A stretch of 64,000 nucleotides of DNA from Carcharhinus longimanus (Eukaryota): the NCBI GenBank assembly GCA_030264375.1, contig JASCQW010000162.1, positions 38,676,900-38,740,899 on the forward strand. Reading direction: 5' to 3'. Below the pieces are notes generated by a model. It saw only the letters and a list, made by a program, of their open reading frames with translations. It was not told the origin of the DNA and ran no database searches. A program made the position numbers and the translations under genes. Numbering within the stretch: position 1 is the stretch's first letter; the number at the start of each line of letters is the position of its first letter. Shown in pieces: positions 1 through 12,689 of this stretch.

Positions 1-1489
1 TTCAAGTCCTAAAGTGGCCGACAATGTGTGTGGAAGGAGCACTGATCACAGGTTAAAGAGATGTGTATTGTCTCCAGGCAGCATAGAGAGTGAGGTTTTG
101 CAAACCTCTGGCTTGACCACAGATTCTCCCTGGTGTTCTGGGGAGCTATTTTGACTCCAAATCTGTATGTGCCTCAAGAAAACTGCAATATTCATTCAAA
201 GGACTCAGTTCCAGTATTACATGAGCATTAGTCTTTGCTGTGTTAAACCTATGAAAAGGGTTTTTGCCTCTGAAGTTTCTGTTTGATGGGAACAATTTCA
301 ATATATTTGATAAGGGTCATACATTATTTTGGTTCTGTTTGTAATTGGTAAGTTATTGCTAATTTTCTATCCATGGCACCATGTGTTAATATGGTACACA
401 ACTACACTCAAATTTGACGTCATTTTAAATTTTCATAGCAACTTCATTGCAGTGTTAATGGCAGCCTACTTGTGACACTAATAAATAAACTTAATGTCAG
501 GAAAACAACTTTGATGCAAGTCCCCTAAGAGTTATCAGTGACATCCTTTCCTTTAGCTAATTAATCTCTACTACCTGTTCTTCATTAGCAAAGGTATTAA
601 CAATACTGAAGCACAGTTTCTAGATGATCTCAAAGCCCAACAAATCCAATGGTTTTCTGAAAGGTACTTAGAGAGACAAGATGGAACATTTATGAAGGAA
701 CAGTCATACTGAGCGGATCAAAGAACATCAGGGTACTTCCAACACATTGCGAACAAAATATAGTTAGTTGCCATATTTAGGGGCATCTACAGACCCATAA
801 TCTTAACACAACTGAAGTTTAAGAACATATAGGGAGTTAAATTGAAATCTAGTGAGGAGTACAGTAGGATGTCACAGGGGCTCCTTGCTACATCTTAGAT
901 ATAGTCAGTTAATTTTTAAATGCATGATAATGTAACATATCCAGCGTGCCTCCTGCTAGTAAATCAACTTGTTAGCAGTGTTCAATCATGACTGAAAAAG
1001 AAGCTTATTTAAAATAAATTGCAAGGAAATTAAAATAATCATGATTCACTTAAGCCTAGAATTCAGTTAAAATGAAAAACTGTAAAAAAGAAAAACCAAG
1101 AAATTAGATTTAAAACATTATATTAACAGGAAACGAGTCAGAGTGCAACCAATCAGACACAGGTCCTGAAATCATTCTTACATTATCAATGGAAAACGCT
1201 CAAAATATAAGCTCAGGCAGCATTAATGGAGAGAGAAAGTTAACATTTTAGGGCTGGCTTTTGTCAGAACTGTAAAACATTAACAGATAACAGGGTTGGG
1301 GAAGTGGGAGGAGGCAAGAACAAAAGGGAAAGTCTAATGCAGGATAGAAGACTGGTGAGATTAAATAGCAAAAGGAATGTTTTGTTTGTCACAATGCAAA
1401 TCTTCTCTCTATTGGGAGACCAAATACAGATTGAGATGATCATTTTGTTGAACAGCTCTATTCAATGTGCAAGCATGATCCTGAGCTTC

Positions 1490-2440
1490 CAGTCATTTGC
1501 CATTTCAATCTTCTGCCCTACCGTGCAAGTCAGTATGAAAAAATTTTCCACGGCTTGTGGCAACTTTGGACTCACCACCAACATTAAAAAGACCGAAGTC
1601 ATGCACCATACACAAAACCCATATTCACAATCAAAGGGCAGAAACTACAGGCAGTGGACCAGTTCACTTATCTTGGCAGCACTCTCTCCCAAGCAGCGAG
1701 TATTGATATAGAAATTAACTGCAGAATTGAAANNNNNNNNNNNNNNNNNNNNNNNNNNNNNNNNNNNNNNNNNNNNNNNNNNNNNNNNNNNNNNNNNNNN
1801 NNNNNNNNNNNNNNNNNNNNNNNNNNNNNNNNNNNNNNNNNNNNNNNNNNNNNNNNNNNAGCTCAATCATTTCCACATGACTTGTCTTTGCAGAATATTA
1901 CGCATCAGATGGCAAGACAAAGTAACAGACATTGAAGTTCTCTCTAGAGCAAGTCTACCATCAGTCTACACACTGCTGACGACAGCGCAAACCCGTTGGG
2001 CAGGTCATGTCATCCGTATGCCAGACGAGCACGTACCCAAGCAGCTTCTTTTTGGGGAACTCTCTGCTGGAAGGTGCTCGCATGGAGGGCAGAAAAAAAT
2101 GTTACAAAGACACACTCAAGGCCTCCCTGAAGTCACTTGACATTGACAAGCCCACCTGGGAAACGCTGGCACAAAACCGCCCTACCTGGCACTGCCTCAT
2201 CCACAAGGGCTGTCAAGCTTACGAAGCAAGGTGCATTGCTGAAGCACAACTTATGCGTGAGCTGCGCGAGTCTAGAGCCACCAGCGCAACAACTACAGTG
2301 TCTACACAAGTCTGTCCAATGTGCCAGGACGTTCTGTGGCTGAAGTGGCCTGATCAGTCATCTTCAGACACATCGCATCCAGCCTCAAAAATGACTAATG
2401 GGGTTGAGGTCCTCATCGACGACAATGGACGAACAACTAA
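1490..2440 (+). mobile_element. RTE-clade LINE, 3' fragment, frameshifted
   Basis: FGLTTNIKKTEVM, FTYLGSTLS, CLCRILRIRWQDKV, RWAGHVIRMPD..PKQLLFGEL and GGQKKCYKDTLK are typical of the RTE ORF C-terminus. Confidence 0.9.
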
Positions 2441-2804
2441 CTGGACAATTTAACTTCTGTGCCAAGAACTTCTTTGAATTAACTATAGTGGATTGCAGTC
2501 AGAAAAAAAATGACAGCTGATACAAAGCAATTTAAAATCAATTTCAGACTTTGAAAAAGTACATAAGCAGTCTTCCAAGTGGTTTTAAGCTTCTAATATT
2601 ACAGAACAAGATTAACTTAGTCTTATCTTAACATAAAAAATGCTACCACACAGGTAACAGGCAGTATGGTGTCATTTTCTTACACCAGTCTCAAAATTTA
2701 AGCTGCGACTACATAGGTAAAAACTTGTCTGTTCCAATCTTCTAAAGCACAATACCATGATTTGATACAAAATGTAAACTTGCATATTGGAGACATGGAC
2801 TTAC

Positions 2805-2965
2805 CTTTTTGAATCTTACAATGCAATCAATAATAGAGTTATCCCTCCTCAGAGGTTGAAACCAAACAACGTGAGAAGGTTTTATTTGCTCTCTTAACCA
2901 GATTCTGCCCTCATCAGTCATTTGTAAGCCAGCCAGTCTAAGCATCAGATGACCATCTGACTGCC
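2805..2965 (-). CDS. C3orf33: C3orf33 exon 4 (WQSDGHLMLRLAGLQMTDEGRIWLREQIKPSHVVWFQPLRRDNSIIDCIVRFKK); last exon(s) not found in the window
   Basis: tttcctcag| acceptor, AAG|gtaagt donor, 161 nt, phase-compatible with exon 3 (154+161=315). Resembles human LLVKLAGVELAETGKAWLQKELKPSQLLWFQLL. Confidence 0.92.
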
Positions 2966-3867
2966 CTGAGGAAAGTACAAGTGTTTCATTACTAATTCAT
3001 AGTAAATTTGAAACAACATCTATTTCACACTCAACAGGTAAAATAGACCATTCAAACTGAGCAATCCTGCTCCTTAAAAAGTCATGTAACCTTCACTTTG
3101 TATATCACAAAGAGGGATTGCCATAGATGATTATTTAATTTGAAGGTTGTTTGATGGAAGATCTGAGCCGAAGGGACCCTGTCAGCTTTTCTGGTCTAAT
3201 AGGGCATGCAAGCCTTTTTAAAATCATATCATATGAGTGGGAAATTTACAGGAAGAATACTGAAGATTGATCTAAGATATAGTCCCAGGAGATCACCTTG
3301 CCCCTTTTTACCTAAATATCTAGCCCATTAGCTAAAGATTGATTGGATCAGAATCATCATACTATTTATATTTCCATTATCCTCTAACATTCAGGCATCA
3401 AAACACTACTCCAGCACCACGTCCCTGACAAGTGCAAGACAATAAAATCAGCCAAGTCAAAGATTCCGTTCCATTTATCCAATCAGGACTCAAGCATCCA
3501 TAGCAAAAAAAAGAGCTACTAGCAGGTCAAAGAATAGCACATATCCTGGATCAGGGTAACAATAGGATATCCTGTTAGATGAACTTACTGAGAAAATTGC
3601 AAGCCAACTCTCAGACTAATAAGAAATGCTGAGGCAAAACTACATCAGCCTAAAGAATAAAGCTGTGCTTGTTCAACCACAACCAGATATAATCAAAGAA
3701 AATACCACAAAGCCTAAATAACTGAATTAGGACTTTAAACTATATCTGAAATTTCCAGACATTAATTTGTTTTCTGGATCTATCAAACAATGCTCCAGCA
3801 AAATGAGATACACTACACATGCAGGAAAATGGGGTGGTGTACAGTTCACATAGGATCTAATACAATG

Positions 3868-4128
3868 CAGCACAGTGGCATGGTGGTTAGCACCAGCACC
3901 TCAGGTTCAATTCCAGCCTTGGGTGACTCTTGGTGTGGAGTTTACACTTTCTCCATGTGGCTGTGAGAGTTTTCTGAGTGCACTGGTTTCCTCCCGACAG
4001 TCCAAAGATGAGCAGATTAGGTGGATCGGCCATGCTAAATTGCCCTTTAGTGTCTCAAGATGTGGGTTAGGAGGGTTAGTTGGGTAAAATATGCGTGTTT
4101 GTGGGGATAGGCCTGGATAATATAAATA
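3868..4128 (+). mobile_element. HE1-like SINE
   Basis: Same head and core as 59191-59512. Confidence 0.85.
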
Positions 4129-4492
4129 NNNNNNNNNNNNNNNNNNNNNNNNNNNNNNNNNNNNNNNNGACAATGTAAACTTTTAAAGATGCAGGATGTA
4201 CTCACTATATGCAGATTTAAGAACTAGTTAAATTGGCTGTGGATTTAAAAATAAAATACATACAAAAACAAAACAGATTTATGCTATTAATTAGCCAGAA
4301 CCTATTATATTATACCTGATAACTGCTTACATACCTCCTTATAATAAACCTCCTTGCTTTGATTGCAATTTCAACTCAACTAAATCAGTTTTGGACCCCA
4401 AGGTTACACTTTAATATAAAACTTTGAAATTTGTGAATGATGAATTTGAGTGTCAAATACAGAAAAGATTTCAAAAAAATTTTTGACATATT

Positions 4493-4629
4493 GGGCGGGC
4501 TTTTCCGGTCACGCACATCCCAAGACTGGAAATTCCTACCTGAGGTCAAAGGGCCTTTAAATGGTCCGTCAAATTTTCTATCCCATCCATGACAATTCCT
4601 GCAGTCGGCAGGACAGGAAAATTCGGCCT
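4493..4629. mobile_element. Short MITE-like element with imperfect terminal inverted repeats
   Basis: GGGCGGGCTTTTCC at the left and GGAAAATTCGGCC at the right. GC-richer than the flanks. Confidence 0.45.
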
Positions 4630-4764
4630 ACTATATACACAAGGTATGATTTCATCCTGAAATCTGAGGGCTCCTATTGTTTCCAGGGTTCAATTTGAAA
4701 ATTTACCTCCTAAAATGATAAAATTCTGTGGATTACAATGTTAAAGGAGGTTGATTGAGATAGG

Positions 4765-5680
4765 AGGAATATGCCATTCAGCCCCTCGAGCCTGCTCCAC
4801 CATTCAGTAAGATCACAGCTGATCTGATTATGACCTCTATGTCACTTAGCACTCTGCTCCCATAAAAGTTGACTTCCTTGTTGATCAAAAAAAAAAATTA
4901 ACACAGCCTTGAGTTTACTAAATGTCTCAGTCTTCACTGCTCCTTAGGAGAAAAGTTCACGAACTAATAACTCTCCAAGACAAAAAATATTCTCCTTCTC
5001 AATCTTCAATGGGAGACCCCTTATTTTTAAACTGTACCTCCTAGTTCCAGACCCTATATTCTCTCAGCATCCACTCCATTATGTCCCCTCGCGATATTGT
5101 GCACTTTCATAAGTTCACCTCTCATTCTTCTAAACTCTGAAGGATATAGGCCCAAACTGCCCATTCTGTCCTCATAAGCTAACCCTTTCATCCCAGGACT
5201 CAGTCAAGTGAACCTTCTCTGAACTGCTTTCATTGCAATTATCTTCTTTATGTAGGGAGACCAAAACTGCACCTAGTTTACCTGATTCTTCTTGCACCAA
5301 CAAATGCCAACATTTCATTTGCCTTCCTAACCACTTGCTGCACACTAGCTTTTTGTGTTTCATGTACCAGGACATCCAGATACCTCTCCAGAGATTTCTG
5401 CAGTGTCTCTCCATTCGAGTAATAGACTGCTTCTATATTTTTCCTGCCAGAGGAAAAGTTCACATTTTCCCACATTATACTCCACCAGTCAATTTTCGCC
5501 CATTCACTTAACCTATCTACATCTTTCTGTAGGCTCTTTACTTCTGCTTGACAACTTTATTTCCTATCTATCTTGGTGTTATCAACAAATTTGGCTACTA
5601 TATATACATTCCCTTCATTCAAGTAGTTGATATAGATTGTACTGTAAATTGTTGAGGCCCTACTACTGCTCCTGTTGCAA
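4765..5680 (-). mobile_element. CR1-type LINE 3' fragment
   Basis: ERYLDVLVHETQKASV..VVRKANEMLAF resembles the CR1 ORF2 C-terminus. CR1-like 3' tail near 4770. Confidence 0.75.
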
Positions 5681-6078
5681 ATCTGCCCAACATTTTTTTA
5701 AAGTTTGTGCTTAGTGGACAAAACCAAAATTTGGCCAAGAGGACTAAATATTAATGGCTCAATAATGTTTAAATTTCTGTTATAAAAAGAGTTACTACTT
5801 CATGAAAGTTCAAATGGCTCACAAACAAAGTTTAATCAGTGATAGCACATTTCCAGTGAAATCCACCTTGAGTTTTGTGAATTTGAATAAATGACAACAT
5901 AGCAAATGAATCCAATGCAGTGCAAAATGTAACAAATGGCTACGTTCATGTGATTTAAAGATTGGCAGTTCTCAGTCACATATGGAAAATGGTATCACAA
6001 GCACTTCTAAATTTCAATCATCATGCCAATTCTGAAGTTCATTTACATGTTACCTTATGTTATCAGGCAGTTACTTAC

Positions 6079-6232
6079 ACCTTCTTTGTAGAGTTGAAAT
6101 GACAGGAAAGGTAATGGGAATATGTTCTACTTCTAGTCCATTTCTCGTTACGTGATGCACTCTCCCTCGAAGCATAACATTTTTTTCAATAAATCTATTG
6201 GGTATCTCTGCAGCACTAGTAAATTTAGTAAA
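6079..6232 (-). CDS. C3orf33: C3orf33 exon 3 (FTKFTSAAEIPNRFIEKNVMLRGRVHHVTRNGLEVEHIPITFPVISTLQRR)
   Basis: ctttatag| acceptor, |gtaagt donor, 154 nt. Clear similarity to human SKFTSSSDIPVEFIRRNVKLRGRLRRITENGLEIEHIPITLP. Confidence 0.93.
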
Positions 6233-8200
6233 CTATAAAGATGAAGAAAAATAGTTAAGAATTTATGTTACTGGTCCAACTATTATTTCATAGTCAAGTA
6301 GATACTATGTTAGAATCTTAAAACCATAATTTTCTTTTATAAATACAATAAAATGTAATAATAAACTGTAATTTTGTAAATTTATTAGATCTCATGACTT
6401 TAATGGAAAATCATACACAGTTTCAGAACAGAAAGATTACATCATATGATGAGTGCACTAATCTGTTGCAAATGTTTAAATATGGACTACATTAGGGTCA
6501 TAAAGGTCTAACTGCATTAAGTAAACAGAGCACAAGGTCACTTGTTCAATTCTTCTTTGCAGGTGAAATGCATTCATTGGTTAGGCTACAGATCAGAAAA
6601 TGTCAAAATTTCAAGATTGTTTTACAATGAGAGCATTGACTAGGACAGCTGTATGTTCCACCTGTATTACTTTTAATTGATTAGCAGTGGTTCACCTATA
6701 ATTTTGATCCCATCAATTCAATTGATATATTGTTTAATCGCAAAATTTCTGTATAATTTAAGGCACAATGAATTAGATCTGCATTCAAGCTGGCATGTCA
6801 CTTCAATGCTGTAAATAAATTTTGGAAGTCCCCCCAAACTTTCTTTGAACTTCGTTGATTGGAATTTGATCAGTTTCACAAAGCAGCTAGTATGTTGAGA
6901 GTACTTTTGATCTGCAATAAGTTGCATTAACTGGACTATGACATTTAGATATGCTAACAACATATTTTTGCTCTATTAATAGCAAATTTCTGGTGCTGCT
7001 ACTCAAAAGAATTGTTCCTTCAGAAAGGGAGGAACATAATGCAGTGCACAATGTATGAGGCTGAGTGTAGGCCTCCATGTATGAAAGGGTATAAAATGAA
7101 GTTTGTTTACATTTTGGAATTTAGATTTTAGATCAGAACACTGGTTTTGTTTTTCATAAGGTCAATTAAAAATCCACATTTTGGTTCCAGTACAAATCAT
7201 ATAACAAATCTCTTATAATGAGATTTCCCATTTTCTGGCATTATGCTGCTTCCAAAAATTGATTTTTTTTGGCATGATTTAATTTCCAAAAATTGATTGG
7301 CAGCTGCTCTTTATGTGCCTGGACCATGAACTCTGGAGTTCCCTCCTGAAACATTGCTGTCTCTCTTTCCTTTAAGATACGCCTTAAAACCAACGACTTT
7401 GACCAATGTGTAATGACATGTAAGGAAATATCTCAGTGCTAAATTTTCTTTGAAACATTCCTTAAACAACTTGAGACATATTATATTAAAGACACTATAT
7501 AAATGCAAGTACTTATTGTTGAGGCTAGGGTTTGAAGAATAAGACGAAGTATGTAAAAGTTATGCAAATCATGAAATGGTTTACATTTGCTGGAGCTTAT
7601 TAAGTTTTTATGTATTGTTTGACTTTTAATTTTATTTCAGTCAAGACTTGTACGGGCCTGTCATNNNNNNNNNNNNNNNNNNNNNNNNNNNNNNNNNNNN
7701 NNNNNNNNNNNNNNNNNNNNNNNNNNNNNNNNNNNNNNNNNNNNNNNNNNNNNNNNNNNNNNNNNNNNNNNNNNNNNNNNNNNNNNNNNNNNNNNNNNNN
7801 NNNNNNNNNNNNNNNNNNNNNNNNNNNNNNNNNNNNNNNNNNNNNNNNNNNNNNNNNNNNNNNNNNNNNNNNNNNNNNNNNNNNNNNNNNNNNNNNNNNN
7901 NNNNNNNNNNNNNNNNNNNNNNNNNNNNNNNNNNNNNNNNNNNNNNNNNNNNNNNNNNNNNNNNNNNNNNNNNNNNNNNNNNNNNNNNNNNNNNNNNNNN
8001 NNNNNNNNNNNNNNNNNNNNNNNNNNNNNNNNNNNNNNNNNNNNNNNNNNNNNNNNNNNNNNNNNNNNNNNNNNNNNNNNGTGTACCTGCGCAGGTGCTG
8101 GAGAGTGTCGATTAGGAGATTTTTCACACTAACTTCATTTCAGTGTTCACGTAAGCCTACTTGTGACACTAATAAATATTTCTTTTAAAAAAAAACTTAC

Positions 8201-8260
8201 TAGTCTGATGCTTCTGGCAAACATCACAACTCCCACCACCGCCAGGCCTGTGCTGAGGTG
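8201..8260 (-). CDS. C3orf33: C3orf33 exon 2 (HLSTGLAVVGVVMFARSIRL; hydrophobic, probable transmembrane segment)
   Basis: ttttgcag| acceptor, CTA|gtaagt donor, 60 nt, phase 0/0. Resembles human NISTGMAIAGIMLLLRSIRL. Confidence 0.92.
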
Positions 8261-8279
8261 CTGCAAAACAAAAACAAAA

Positions 8280-8790
8280 CAGAAACAAACCGAGCGCTGA
8301 GACGCTGTCAACTATCTCCTGTTTCCTAAACAAATCAAGGCATGGAGATACGGTCCGGCCGTGCTCACAATCTTTCTGAAGCCGCGACTTCCTTTCAGAG
8401 CATCAGCCGCAATTAGCCGACTGATTCGGCCATTTTTCTACAGTGAAAACATTCTAGTAGCGAGACTCCAGGAGCCTCGAGTGACCCTCTCCGTACCTGC
8501 ACCACACGAATATGTTCATCCACAAACTGCCCCACCTGACCGAGATACTCGCCCAGCACATTCCGGCTCTGCCCCGGCATCCTGAGCCGCGAGCGCGGAT
8601 TCAAAGAGTAACTGAAACCGCCCACGCGCCTCGCCCGCCCCCTTCCCTCAGCTTTGGTGCATCAGTGAAAACATTCCCACTCTGCCGCTGCTCATCAATG
8701 GCTCGGGCTCTTCTTCCACGTTGTTTATACACTCGACTCCCCCACGTGAGAGATTGCTCTGAAAATACCAACAAGGAAGTAAGGAGAAAG
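8280..8790 (-). promoter_or_regulatory. CpG-rich promoter and first-exon region of C3orf33
   Basis: Local rise in GC and CpG against an AT-rich background. GC box-like cgcccgcccc near 8632, E-box CACGTG near 8743, GGAAGT ETS-like site near 8774. Confidence 0.65.
8497..8580 (-). CDS. C3orf33: C3orf33 orthologue, coding exon 1 (MPGQSRNVLGEYLGQVGQFVDEHIRVVQ)
   Basis: ATG at 8580, 84 nt, donor CAG|gtacgg. Resembles human ISQWADDHLRLVR. Lies in a CpG-rich patch. Confidence 0.85.
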
Positions 8791-8889
8791 TGAGATATAA
8801 ACTCATGGGAGATTTATATTTTATTCATAACTGGCATTTAGCTGCCTTCCAATCTTTTATTCCTTCTTGAACCTGCTGCAGTGAAGATA

Positions 8890-10070
8890 AAATCAGAGTA
8901 TTGGATAGGGTGGACAGTGTGAGCCATGGTGATGGCTAGCACGAGGGGACATAGCTTTAAATTGAGGAGTGATAGATATAGGACAGGTGTCAGAGGTAGG
9001 ATCATAGAATCATAGAACCCTACAGTGCAGAAAGAGGCCCTTCGGCCCATCAAGTTTGCACCAAACACAATCCCACCCAGNNNNNNNNNNNNNNNNNNNN
9101 NNNNNNNNNNNNNNNNNNNNNNNNNNNNNNNNNNNNNNNNNNNNNNNNNNNNNNNNNNNNNNNNNNNNNNNNNNNNNNNNNNNNNNNNNNNNNNNNNNNN
9201 NNNNNNNNNNNNNNNNNNNNNNNNNNNNNNNNNNNNNNNNNNNNNNNNNNNNNNNNNNNNNNNNNNNNNNNNNNNNNNNNNNNNNNNNNNNNNNNNNNNN
9301 NNNNNNNNNNNNNNNNNNNNNNNNNNNNNNNNNNNNNNNNNNNNNNNNNNNNNNNNNNNNNNNNNNNNNNNNNNNNNNNNNNNNNNNNNNNNNNNNNNNN
9401 NNNNNNNNNNNNNNNNNNNNNNNNNNNNNNNNNNNNNNNNNNNNNNNNNNNNNNNNNNNNNNNNNNNNNNNNNNNNNNNNNNNNNNNNNNNNNNNNNNNN
9501 NNNNNNNNNNNNNNNNNNNNNNNNNNNNNNNNNNNNNNNNNNNNNNNNNNNNNNNNNNNNNNNNNNNNNNNNNNNNNNNNNNNNNNNNNNNNNNNNNNNN
9601 NNNNNNNNNNNNNNNNNNNNNNNNNNNNNNNNNNNNNNNNNNNNNNNNNNNNNNNNNNNNNNNNNNNNNNNNNNNNNNNNNNNNNNTCGTCAGACACGAC
9701 TTCCCCTTAACGAAACCGTGCTGCGTCTGCTCTATCAAACAATTCTCCTCAAGATGCCTCGCTCTTTTCTCCTTGATCACGGATTCTAACATTTTACCTA
9801 CAACAGACGTTAAACTAACCAGATGAGAAGGAATTTCTTCAGCCAGAGGGTGGTGAATCTACGGAAGTCATTACCACAGAAGGCTGTGGAGGCTAGGTCA
9901 TTGAGTATATTTAAGGCAGAGATAGTTAGGTTCTCGATTGTTTAGGGGATCAAAGGTTATGGGGGAAAGGCAGGAGAATGGGGTTGAAAAACTGATCAAC
10001 TGTGATTGAATAACAGAGCTGACTCAGTGGGCCAAATGGCCTAATTCTGCTCTGATATCTTATGGTCTAT
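8890..10070. mobile_element. Cluster of CR1 fragments and a SINE tail in both orientations around a gap
   Basis: Minus strand MLESVIKEK..HLEEN.LIEQTQHGFVKGKSCLT (reverse transcriptase entry). Plus-strand CR1 3' end at 9822-10070. Confidence 0.75.
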
Positions 10071-10616
10071 TCCCAGCACTTTGTTTTTTTATAAGAATTG
10101 TTGCAGTATACGGGGCTCACCATGTTAGTGGTGGCTGCCTGCCTGCGCGAACAACCTAGCTGTCTTTTCCCATAGCCCTGAAAATCTTTCCTCTTCAGAT
10201 CATTCTTCAATTTCCTTGTGAAAGCCATGATTGAACCTGCCTTGACTACCCTCTCAGGCAGTGAATTCCAACTACCTCAGAATGTATTGCAGAAAAAGAA
10301 TTCTTCCTGTTTGCTCTGGTTCCTTTGTCAAATCCTTTTAATCAGGGGTCCTCTGGTTTTTGGTCCACCAATGTGAACCAAGGCGGATTCACAGGTCATG
10401 GCCTCCTGTGTTCAGCATCATTTTTGCTAACCCACCTCACAGAATCTGAAGACCAAAACCCATGCCTTGCATACACTCCCTTCACCCTCCGCATATGCTT
10501 TCTTCACTCCCACCCCTTGCACACACTCATTTCCCCCACTCATTCCTCCTCTCACATTCTCTTTTCACCCCCCTCTGAAGGCCAAAGCCCATCCCTTGCA
10601 CACTCTCTCTTTCTTC

Positions 10617-11402
10617 TGTGGTAATATAAGCAGGGCCTAGTTTTAAGGCTGATAAATTGGATATCCTAAATTAAAGAATTGGGCATATTAATATCAAACA
10701 TAGTCTAATCATTGGATTAGAGGAGATCATTGCACCCCATTGAAATGCACCGGCCTATTGTTAGAAGCCCAGATCGCGCCAGACTTTCTGTCATTGACAG
10801 TTCCATGATGTGGGTATGCCGGCGTTGGACTGGCGTCACTTTTTATTGACAGTTCCTGCAGTTACCTTATCTGATAACAGATTAGCATAGAGATGAACAC
10901 CTGGGGGCAGACCCTGGTGTCCTGTCAGGCAGACATCAAGAAACCCACTGGGTATTGGAACCTCTTCCTGGGACCTCATTGGCCAGAAGCCAGAGAAGTT
11001 CCTGGAAAGGCAAGCAAGCAGGGGGATAAAGGGACACATTTTAGACACACTAGGAGTGAAGACTTGATGAAGGAAGTGACCTTGACCATTCGGAAGACTG
11101 ACCAGAGAAGAAAGGAAGCAAGCTGCCATCGAGATTTACCTTTGTGATGACAGACCAAAAGGACTCAAAGAATCGAGCCTGCAGTTTAACCAAACCATCT
11201 TTGCGGGTAGTGTGCTTGAATCTGGGATATCCTCTTGTTTTATGTGGTAAATTTAAGGGTTAGTAGTGTTATTATTAATAAACTTGTTCAACCTTTACTT
11301 GTGTTCGTCCTTTGTCCATCTTGCAAATATGGGCACTGGGGTAAAACCTTGGAGTAAGTAAACTCCAAGGTTGAAAGTATCTGAGAATTAACAGGTACAA
11401 CA
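10617..11402 (+). mobile_element. Solo LTR, 786 bp (Gypsy- or ERV-type)
   Basis: TGTGGTA...TACAACA termini. 4-bp TSD CTTC at 10613-10616 and 11403-11406. Internal AATAAA near 11277. Interrupts a pyrimidine-rich degenerate tandem repeat that resumes on the other side. Confidence 0.85.
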
Positions 11403-12689
11403 CTTCAACCCACACATATGCTTTCTTCTCTCCCATCCCTTGCACACTCATTTCCTCCCACCCCCTCACACATTCTTGCTTCCTCCCACCCCCCTCACAC
11501 TTGCTCTCTATTCCTGCCATCACCAATAACATAGTTGGAAATTATTCATCAACACGTTGTTAAACAAGAAATTCTTGCCTACATCAACTATCTTTTCTCT
11601 GCCATACTATAGATTGAATAAGGTAACACAAGAACATAAGAACACATCCTAATTTCTGACCAGTAATCAGTGTCATAATATACATAGCTAATTTTAGATA
11701 TAATGTGGTTGTTTCAAATAGGATAAACAAATGATTGACAAAAACTTGAGGTCTAAATAAACCTCAATATTCTTAGTGAATTTTGCTTAATATGGCTGTC
11801 TTGATCCTTATGAAGATATTTATTAGGTTGGGAAACCTAAAGAGGTCACAAAGCCTTGGTGCTGAGATTCTGTACTATAGGTCATTGCCTTGATTTGCTT
11901 CTGCTTGCGCTAACACAAAAAAAGGACATTAATTGAAAAGCAGAATACATTGTTCTTTCTGAGAAAATGCAGGCCTGAAGTGGACAGACATGATCTCATT
12001 TCCCTGCAGAATATTTTTCTCTCCTAGAGTTAGTGGTGCACTCCTCTATACTACATCCTCACTACGATGGTGGTTACTTACTCCTTGAATTTTTCCAGTA
12101 GCCAACTGCATCACAATACCAGGGGCACCTCCTCAAGTGAAGGCTGCTATCAGTTTCAGCTTGTTGCCTGGATACAAATGGGTCACCCAATCATGCTCTC
12201 TCACTCCTATGCAATCTACATTTTCATACAGTGGAATGGGGAGCAAGTGAGATGGAGGGGGAATGAGGTATGGTGAAGGACAGAGGATGAGAGAGTTAAA
12301 CGCCTGCGATCCTAGTCCCTTCCACCATCGGCTAGGTATGTACTTCAAATTTCAGTGCTGTCCACACGATAATTGTTCCTGCTCGCATGCTCCCTGATTC
12401 AAAAGCCCAAACACTGTCACTGTGCTTCCATCAGTCACCACGGGAAGGTTCTCTCTTATTCGATACTAATGCTGCTCAATATACAGAAGCTTGGCCACAT
12501 GCAGCATCAGTAATGAGGTTCTGAAAGTGTGAATGTCTTTATTGTGCCTGTGCAGAACTAAGAGCTGAACCAGATTAGATAAGTCCCATCTATCTTTGCT
12601 TGGTTGGGAATAGTGATTTTGACTTTTCTGATGTGGATGGGTTTGCAATATATGTATGTACCTAATTATATGTGAACGACATGAATTAG

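Noticed and set aside
1-2740. Final C3orf33 exon
   Set aside because: I found no minus-strand segment resembling the expected LNEEILRxGLG motif. It probably lies left of the window.
7600-9826. ORFs of 150-260 aa in the track (also 43546-44206)
   Set aside because: They consist almost entirely of X residues from assembly gaps.
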